Shown: positions 1 through 10,364 of the stretch, in pieces
How the letters are laid out: every line of letters starts with the position of its first letter
How positions within the stretch are numbered: the first letter of the stretch is position 1
Assembly (NCBI RefSeq): GCF_001194135.2
Contig: NC_068986.1
Span: forward strand, 95,943,700-96,007,699
From: Octopus bimaculoides
Lineage: Eukaryota
Length of the DNA: 64,000 nucleotides
Direction of reading: 5' to 3'
Notes under the pieces: generated by a model
What the model was told of the DNA's origin: nothing
The model's database searches: none
Seen by the model: the letters and a program-made list of their open reading frames with translations, nothing else
Program-made: the position numbers and the translations under genes

Positions 1-262
1 CACTGTAGAGGTTCCATCATTGGCTCACTGTACAATCTTGTATATTTACTTAATAATTTGTTCATCATTATATCAGTATGTATAGTGAAGGGTATGCCTT
101 ACTGATGAGGTCAGAAGTCTCCTATATTTGCTTAAAAAATTAAATACCAATAATAGTCATTAACATCATTGCATTTTAATTTCTCATTAGTTTTTTAATG
201 CTCTGGACATTAAATATATTAACACTAATGTAACTGTTGTTGTTATCTTACTGTTTCTATAG

Positions 263-414
263 AACAGTGCAAGACCGGTATTAAGGAAGAGGAGACAACC
301 TGTTGTAACAAGGAAGCTGATGTCCTAGAAAAGACTGAGGAAACATCTTCACAACAAGATGATGATGATTTCAGAGATTTCTCAGAGATCATAAAGGAAC
401 GACATACTGCACAG
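263..414 (+). CDS. BRIP1: FANCJ window exon 1 ([18 protein letters not shown]...ERHTAQ)
   Basis: tttctatag acceptor, GTGAAG donor, open frame, phase 1 to 0 joins the next exon; non-conserved insert region. Confidence 0.72.
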
Positions 415-3400
415 GTGAAGCACTGCTACCATTCTATCACACCTCAACATTTTCTGCTTCCAGCCATCATCAATCAGTTTACAAGGTTTATTGCAAAGTC
501 ATCTCTATATTGTAGCTGGAAAAATTGTGATGTTCTTTTTAATCTTCTCTCCAATATTTAACCGCTGGACTGATTTGAAAGAGTTAATAGAATTTATTTA
601 TTAGGAATGTGGCACAACTTAATCCAATCCAAGCACCCATTATTCAGTGATACAACAGTGCTGATAATTTTGCCACATTCCATTGTTAACTTCACTTACC
701 AGTTGTGTCTTCTTAGACAAAACACTACTTACCACAATCTACTTCTTTCTACAGCCGTTGTTTTGTGTTTCCTTAAACAAAGCACTTTACTTACCATAAT
801 TTATGTAGCTGTATAACAGATACCACTGTGACCTGCTACAGCCATTGTGTTACGTCTCTTTAAATGAGACACTATTTGCCATAACCTACCTTGCTACATA
901 AGAGGTAGCAATACTTCCTGCTAGAGCCATTGTGTTATGTCTCCTCAGATAAAACACACTACTTATCATAGCCTGCCTAACTGTATAACAGACACCTCTA
1001 TGTCCTGTTTCAACCATTGTGCTGTGTCCAGTTGCCCAAGACACTCTACTACTGCCATCTACCTAGCTGTATAATAGGTACCATCATACTAAGCCATGTT
1101 ATATCACCACCAACCTTATTGACTCTTGTACTACTTAACCTCTACAGTTAAGAGACCACTGTGTAAATTGTACGCTTCATTTTGGAAAAGACTATTCTAT
1201 TAACTGGCCACAATACCAACTGTCTAGTAATTTAATTGACCATTACTTTACCTTGACCACAACACTAACAAGTCAGTCACATTAACTGGCCACAATAGCA
1301 GCTGACCAGTAATATCCAGTAGCTACTATATTCATTTGACCACAACATTAACTAACCAGTTGCATTAATTAGCCACAGTGCCAACTGACCCATGACATCT
1401 ATTAAGCATTACATTAACCAACCAGTCATAATAAATGACTACATCAAATTTTCAAAGACATATATTTCTGAAGTTAATGAGGATCTCATAGGATACAGCA
1501 TTAGATTTAATGAGACAGTAGACTTTACCATGGATAGGGAGCGATGCCAAAAATGGGTGGCCAGTATTGAGTGCACGATATCACTTACTCTGTTGCATAG
1601 AAATTAAAGAGGATGTTCAAGACAATGAACACCAACTAAGCAGTTATAAAAATGGACATAGCATACACAACACTGTCACTGATAGAAACAACAGCTAAAT
1701 CACCATTAGATAACGCCTTTCTATTCACATGCTGGTGCCATTTTAAAGCACTCCTTGCACTCTGTAAAGTGGTTGGCATCAGGAAGAGCATCCAGTTGTA
1801 GAAACCATGCCAAGGCACACAACTGGAGCCTGGTACATCTCTCCGGCTTTCTACCTCCTGCCAAACTGTCCAACCTATACCAGCATGGAAAGCTGATGTT
1901 AAATGATTAAAGTTATATGACTATGATTCAGTGCCATCATTTATAGCCCAATGTGTTTTTACATGTCTAAGAGGAAAAATTTTCCCCGAGAATATTTCCA
2001 TAGTGAAAGGTCTTCCCATGTTTGAGTTTACACAAATGTGTTAAATATCATTGTACATTCATATAATAATAACTTCTTTTAATTATAAGAACAGTGTGGA
2101 AAAGCTAAACTGCAAGAAAACCTGAAAGCCGTATTTATGAGCCACCAAACTAACTGATTGCATTATCAGCTGATCTCTACCTCAGTAACTTGATCTGTTA
2201 TTTTGTCAATGTTGTTATTTAACTCCAGGTCAGCTATAATCTTGCAGACATATTTTCAACTCAGGATCATCATCATCATCATCATCATCGTTTAACATCC
2301 GCTTTCCATGCTAGCATGGGTTGGACGATTTGACTGAGGACTGGTGAACCAGGTGGCTACACCAGGCTCCAATCTGATTTGGCAGAGTTTCTTCAGCTGG
2401 ATGCCCTTCCTAACGCCAACCACTCCGAGATCATATTTAATGCATCTTTCATGACTATGCATTGTGTGATTTCAGAAGCATTTGGCTATTATTTTTAACA
2501 GGTTAAGTAAATGATGACAAGTTTCCTTGCTGCCTGCTTTTTTAATTTTATTCTCATTGTTGTTTTTGTTTTTTTTTGTCTGTCATCACCTTCAGACTTC
2601 ATCAAAATCAAGTCGAAGCCATGTTACCATTGAGTATGAAAATGCCCAGGAAACTGACATGGAAATTGTTGATGGTTGTGGGGAGTGCAGTGATTCTAAA
2701 GGATGTGATATCGACCAGCAGGAACTCAGCTATACAGAGTGTGACAGATGTTTTTGCCAGTGTGGCGGAAGCAATGAAAATGCATCTAAAAAACTAAAGT
2801 AAATCGGTGTTTCCTATATTTTGACATACTTCATTGTTGTTTAAACCTAGGTTGGCCTTGATCATATGTCCAGGACTACGTTATCCAATTTCTTAATCAG
2901 CCAATCAATGTAATGTAGATTATGTTTGTTATTTATAGACAGATTAAGTTTTTTAACCAGGGTGATTTCTTTAATCTATAAATTTCCAGTATTTCTTTCT
3001 TGGACCTTCATAATAACTACAATCTCCTCATGACATCTCTTCAATTTTTTCTTCTTTTGGATGGAAGAGGCATTTGTATAAATGTGCTCCTTATTGTAGA
3101 CGTGCAGTTTGTGAATGGTGCTACCAATACATCATCCACCTCAGTTATTGCAAACTATGCAGTATATCATGTCAGCCTAGGTGCAATATAACTTAATGGT
3201 TAAAAAATTTGTTTTGCAATCACAACATCCCAAATTTGATAATAAAAAAAAAGAAATAATAATGACTGTTTCAAATTATGGCACAAGGCAAGTAATTTTA
3301 GTGGGAGTGGAGTTTATTTGATTACATTGGTCCTAATGTTCAAATGGTACATCTTTTTTTTTTTTTGACCCTGGAAAGATCACAGGCAAATTTCACTTAG

Positions 3401-5120
3401 GCTGAATTTGAAATCAGAGCATTATGTGCCAGAAGGAATGCTGCTAAGGTTTTTGTCCAATGCACTAAGGATTCTACCAATTCACTGCCTTAATAATTAC
3501 TTCAAAGTTTGGCACAAGTTCAGTCATTTCAAAGATGCAGTTTAATTCATTACATTGACCCCAAAAGGAGGAAAGGCAAAGTTGATCGTGGCAGGATTTA
3601 GACTCAGAATGTAAAGAGTTGGAAGAAATGCCGTTAAGCATTTTGTCCAATATCCTAACAAGTATGGCAGTTTGTCTTTTTAATAGTAAATAAATAAATG
3701 TGAATAAACAGCTACTAAGCATTCAGAGGCCTTCATCTCTCTCATACATAACTTTCTCTATAACATTGTTAATGTACAGCAATCCAATCTTTTCTTACCC
3801 TCTCTTTCTCTCTCTGCATTATTTTAGGGTACCAAAGATTTTCTTTGGCACACGAACTCACAAGCAAATCAAACAGATTGTTGGAGAACTGAAGGAAACA
3901 CAATATAAAGATGTGAAGTATGTGATCTTCAAGGAGTAATATATGTTTGTAATCTGTTGGTAGTTGTTTAGTTTCAGGTCAATTCTGTTTTATGAGACCC
4001 ATAATCAGGCATTCTAACTATGGTCAACCTATCTTTTTATGGACTGTAGTACTACATTGTCTAAAGTGTCCTTATCAAGATGGTAGGATTCTAATTTGAG
4101 TTACATGTGGCTGCTATTTCAGTAGATTTGCTGACCCTGCAGATGTCCTCAAACAGAGATAAATCTAAATCTTTGCTCAGGATATGTTACTAGTCTCTCA
4201 CAGCTGTCATTCTCCCAGTGATCTGGTACTTTTACTTCTCTGGTAATAAAGTAAATGGAAGCATGTGTGGAATTAAGTGCATTGCTCAGACACAAAAATG
4301 AAAAACTCTTAATTGATTTGAACTTGAAACCAGTTCCTATGTTTGTGTATGTCATGAGGTGTGTGAATAATTCTGTGCGTGTGTGAATTACTTTGTGTGT
4401 TTTATAAACTGTGTGAACATTTGTGTTATTCAAACATTAACCAAATCCCCATTTCAGGATGTGTATCTTATCAAGCCGAGAAAACCTGTGTATTAACAGT
4501 GAAGTAAGATCAAAACCATCCATAAACGAGGCCTGTAAAGATTATCTTGAGGTAGGTAACCTTGAACCCCATTTTCTTTAAGTGTGTCACAACACTTTTT
4601 CCTGTGAGATCACTTTTTGTATAGGTTACTTTGATCCTCTTTTTAATGTGGGTCACATTTATTCCCCCTTCTTTCCTAAAGTGGGATTACATGTCTGTTA
4701 TCCATGTGTGGGTCATTTTTATCCCCTTACTCTTGAAATGTGAATCTTTTTCTTGAGGTATTTTTTTTATCCCTTTTTCCTCAGATGCCTCACTTTTAGT
4801 TTTTTTTTTCTTCTTTTGGGTGAGTTACTTTTCTTCCTTTTTGTTGAGATATAACTCTTTTAACCCTTTTTAAAGTGTGTCTTAACACTATTTCTTGAGA
4901 TGGAGCATTTTTTTGAAGTGAGACATTATTAAGGTAACAAGCTGGCAGAAATGATAGCATGCTAGACAAATTGCTTAGTGGCATTTCTTCTGTTTTTACA
5001 TTCTGAGTTCAAATTCTGCCATGGAGCACTGGGTGGGGGAAGCAATGGGATTGACTAGCCCTTCCTCAGAAATTGCCGGTCCTGTGCCAAAATTTGAAAC
5101 CATTATTATCATTATCATCA

Positions 5121-5180
<60 letters not shown>

Positions 5181-8100
5181 TCATCATCATCATCATTATT
5201 ATTATTATTAAAATTGGTGAACTGGCAGAATTGTTAGCATGCTGGACAAAATTTTTAGCAGCTTTTCTTCCAGTTTTATGTTTTGAGTTCAGTCACCAAG
5301 GCTGGCTTTGCTTTTCATCCTTTCAGGGTTGATAAAATAAAAATTACAGTTCTATATTTAAAAGATGAGGAATTATGTACATTATTTACCTTATTTACAT
5401 TCGACAGATATTTGTCCTCATCTTGTTTGTTGTTAACACAATGTTTCGGCTGATATAACCTCCAGCCTTCTTCAGGTGTCTTGGGGAAATTTTGAACCTG
5501 GTTTCTCATTCCTAAGGTATTTTTCGATGTTATTATTATTATTATTATTATTATTGTTATTGTTCAGGTCACTGTTTGGAATTGAACTCAGAATCTTGGG
5601 GTTAGTAGCCTGTGCTCTTAACCACTATGCCATATGCCCTTGGGCATATGGTGTAAATGATGTAAATAAGGTAAATAATGAAAATAAATATTCTTTTCTA
5701 CTCTAGGCACAAGGCCCGAAATTTTTGGGGAGGGGGCCAGTCGATTAGATTGGCCCCAGTACGCAACTGGTACTTAATTTTTATCAATCCCAAAAGGATG
5801 AAAGGCAAAGTCGACCTCAGCGGAATTTGAACTCAGAATGTAAAGACAGATGAAATACCGCTAAGCATTTTGCCCGGTGTGCCAACATTTCTGCCAGCTC
5901 GCCGCTTTCCTTCTGATAAGATAGATATTTATTTCTTTATTGCCCACAAGGGGCTAAACATAGAGGGGACAAACAAGGACAGACAAAGAGATTAAGTTGC
6001 TGCCAAATCAGATTGGAGCCTGGTGTTGNNNNNNNNNNNNNNNNNNNNNNNNNNNNNNNNNNNNNNNNNNNNNNNNNNNNNNNNNNNNNNNNNNNNNNNN
6101 NNNNNNNNNNNNNNNNNNNNNNNNNNNNNNNNNNNNNNNNNNNNNNNNNNNNNNNNNNNNNNNNNNNNNNNNNNNNNNNNNNNNNNNNNNNNNNNNNNNN
6201 NNNNNNNNNNNNNNNNNNNNNNNNNCATGGAAAGCGGACGTTAAACGATGATGATGATGATTGACCCCAGTGCATAACTGGTACTTATTTAATCAACCCT
6301 GAAAGGATGAAAGGCAAAGTCGACCTTGGCGGAATTTGAACTCAGAATGTAATGGCAGATGAAATACCGCTAAGCATTTCGCCCGGTGTGCTAACGTTTC
6401 TGCCAGTTCGCCGCCTTCTGATTAGATAGATATTAGTTGAGCTCTAGGGTTGGTCAGTGTAATTGACAAGTCCCTCCCAACAAAATTTCAGGCTTTGTGT
6501 CTGTAGTAGAGAGAATTATTTTTATCATTATTATTATTCAGGCAGTGAGCTGACAGAATCATTAGTACTTCAGACAAAAATGCTTAGCCTGCCAAAACTA
6601 TGTGAGTGGATTTGATAGATGGAAACTGAAAGAAGCCCATCTCTGCCATGGTGACTATCGCAGTATAGTTTGTTCTGATAGAACATCCACATTTAAGTGG
6701 GGATAAATATTACCTCTGTATGTATGTGCATGCATGTATAAATATATGTATGTCTGTGTGTACATATGTATATATATGTATTTTTGTGTGAGTGTTTGTA
6801 CCCTTGTCTTCACATCACATGATGGTTATAAAGGAGCATCACCATTTTGAAGTGATGTTGCCAGTTATGCTTATTTTGTTTAATGCTAACCCATTGTATC
6901 ATCTGATAAACTTCTTTATTGTTTTTATCTTTATTTTCTTTCTTTCCCTTATCCAGCTCCAGAAATGTAATTACATTAACGGTGCTATGAGATTCTCTAC
7001 TCAAAATGATATAAGAAAGTTTGGTCTGGAAACTGCTTGGGACATTGAAGACCTGGTGAAAATATGTCAGAGTAAAAGGGCAAGCAAACTTATATTTCAT
7101 ATTCTACTTTTTATACATCATCGTCAGTGTTATCATTCTCATCATTGAATATCTGGCTTCCATATCAGCATGGGGTGGATGGCCCAACAGAAGCTAACAA
7201 GTCAGAGGATTGTGTCTTGCTCCAGTCTTTTATCATATATCTTTCATTTTTTTCGTGAAGGTACGTGGCTTCCCAGACTGGGCTGTGTGTTGTGTTCTTG
7301 AGCAAGACACTTTATTTCACCTTGCTCCAGTTCACTCAGCTGTAGAAATGAGTTGCAACGTCACTAGTGCCAAACTGTATCAGCCTTTACCTATCACTTG
7401 GATAACATCGGTGATGTGGAGAAGGGTGGCTGGTATACATGGGTGACTGCTAGTCTTCCTTGCCCAGACTTGTGCCTTGAAGGGTAACTTTCTAGGTGCA
7501 ATCCCTAGGTCATTCATGACTGAAGGGAGTCTTTACCCTTTACCCTCTACTTGTTTCAGTCATTAGACTGTGGTCATGCTGGGGCATTACCTTGATGGAT
7601 TTCATTAAACAAATCAACCCCAATACTTTTTTTTTTAAGTTTGGTACTTATTCTGTTGCTTTTTTTTTTTGCTGAACCACTAAGTTACAGGGATGTAAAC
7701 AAACCAACACCAATTGTCAAGTGGTGGTGGTGGTGGGAACAAAGACACACACACACACACGTATATGATGGTGTTCTTTCAGTTTCTACCAAATCTACTC
7801 AGAAGGCTTTGGTCAACCCAGGGCTATAGTAGATGATATTTGTCTGGGTGCCATTCAGCAGGACTGAACCCAGAACCATAGATGCAATGCCTGCACCTAT
7901 GCCAGTGTCTACATTGGCATGTTTTCTACAGCTGGATGTCCTTCTTGATGCTAGACACTTTACAGAGTTTACTGGGGCTTTTTTCCTGCAGGTTCAAGCC
8001 ATAGCTCTTTCTTTTTAATGTTAATTTTTAACCCCATGTCAGCCTTAATCCAGCTAGCCCAAAGTAAAAGGCATTCTTGCCATTCAAACTACACTATCCA

Positions 8101-10328
8101 GTGTGTTATTTCTTTTTAAAGTGGTAAGGTGTAATTTGAGGGAGATTTGGCTGTTATTTCTAGAAGGTTGAGATAATCTGCTGAGGCTCCATGGTTCATA
8201 GTGGTGTTACTCTTGAGCCTCATGTTAGCCCTGATCCAGCAGACTTTTCACCAAAGATATTCCAACTGTGACTGTTCAGTCTTTTATTTGGATATAGTAT
8301 ATCTAGGACAACACTATATAATATGCCCTTCTTTTATTGAGACAGCAGGGAGATTTGGTTGCTATTTCTAGCATGTTGAGTGACTACATAGAGGCTCCCT
8401 CACTGGTATTAGATATAATACTGGTAGTAGCAATTAAGATGATTAGATAGTATCGCTTTATTTAGAATGTTCTCTTTCTCTGTTTTAATTATTGTTTGAG
8501 GTTACAACCATACGACATAAGTTGTACTGTTATTTAGACTAAAAATGCATGCATGCACACACATACACACACGTGGGAAGAAGCTCTGTATAGTATTTGA
8601 AATGAGTTACCCTGCTGATGTTAACATAATGTTAAATGTTAGTGAAAAAGAGAACACCTATGTCATACCAATGATAAGTTTGTAGTTACTCCATCCAGAT
8701 TATAAATTTAGCTTTCAACCAATAATTATTAGAGTTCTTGGTTGCATGACCAACTGCCTCAATAGCAATCTTAAGAATTGGAAGTCACAAAACATGAGAG
8801 AACATGCTTAATCGGAAGATTACAGCTATGAGCTGTGAAAGATGCTGTCAGAAAAGTAAAACATTCATGTAGTTTAGCATGTAATACCACCTACATATGC
8901 AATGCCATTTATACCTGCACCCATGTGTACATGAACACTCATATACATGTGCAAACATGTATACATATGTATATGCACAACTATTTTGGTTAATATTATC
9001 AAGACTCCAATGACAATGTCTTTTTTTTGTCAGCTAGAAACCAGCTCTTCTCCATTTGTGAGAAATTAAAAAAACATAACCAAGAAAGAAGCACACACAC
9101 ACACACATGAACATGCACACATGCAGTGCAAGCTCACACACTAATCTCTTGGTCAGCTCTGCTCAAGCAAACTGATATTTAAAGGCATTCCAGCCACAAG
9201 CATCCTGTCTTTTCTATTAAAACTTCCTTTTTTAAGATGGAAGAAAGTGATTTTAGGGGAATTTGATTGCTATTTCTAGTAGGTTGAGTGACCATATAGA
9301 GGTTTCTTACTTTTTCAGCGCTGCCCCAACTATCTCAACTGTTATAGACATTCACAGCATATCTTCATCCTAGCTTTTTATTATTTTTTATTTCATGTTT
9401 TTGTATTTTCTCTTATTTTTAATAATGACCCTTTTTTTAAATATTTCCTACCATTATAGATGCAGGCTTGTCCCTATTTTCTCACTCGGTCTCTTATGAA
9501 GGACTCAGATATCATATTTTGCCCATACAACTATTTACTGGACCCAACAATACGCAAAATAGTAAGTTGAAAGAATACTATCATTTTAATTTCCCATCAA
9601 AATGGCAGCAGACGATAGAGTCAGCAGAGTGACAGATGAAATGTGTTGTGGCAGTGTTTATCTAGTTACATCTCTATCTATTCTAAGTTCAGTTCCCATA
9701 TTGTTGGCTTTACCTGTCATTCTTCTTGTGGTGGCGGAGGCAGCGGCAATAAAATAAATGTGTGCCAGCATTGCTGAATGGTTAAGAGTTCATGATCAGC
9801 AGTGATTTATGGCTTGCCAAGGATTTCCGATGATTCAAGATGAGCATTGCTTTAAATTAATTCAATTTAATTTTCATTAACTATGTATATAATTAATGTA
9901 GATAATACCATAACTAGTAGCGTGTAAACATTGGGGCAAAAATTCCCTTTGGATAAAGAAAAAGAGTTGAAGGCTACCCATGGGACTTGAATCCACTTCT
10001 GTAAACACGGTAGATGTTTCAACTTCAACTTTTTCTATCTTAAGGGTTTTTTACTTCAGTATTTATACACTGTAAGGTGGTGAGCTGGCAGAATTGTTAG
10101 CATGCCGGGTGAAATGCTTAGCAGCTTTTCATCTGTTTTCACCTACTGAGGTCGAATTTATCTTTCATCCTTTTGGGGTTGATAAAATAAGTACCTGTTG
10201 ATTACTGGTTGTCAACGTAATCGACTTACCCACAATCTCCCAAAATTGCTGACCTTGTGCCAAAAATTGAAACCAATATTTATACACTATTATTTTTAGT
10301 TTTATCTACTTCAGGTTCCATTGATAAA

Positions 10329-10364
<36 letters not shown>

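Noticed and set aside
102-130. CTGATGA as another hammerhead
   Set aside because: No GAAA box follows the possible stem and no stem I is evident.
690-1090. CRISPR-like array
   Set aside because: Degenerate tandem units without unique spacers, in a eukaryotic intron.
9960-10060. Minus-strand CTGAAG...GAAACATC as a decayed hammerhead
   Set aside because: The core reads CTGAAGT and neither stem I nor stem II pairs convincingly in this copy.
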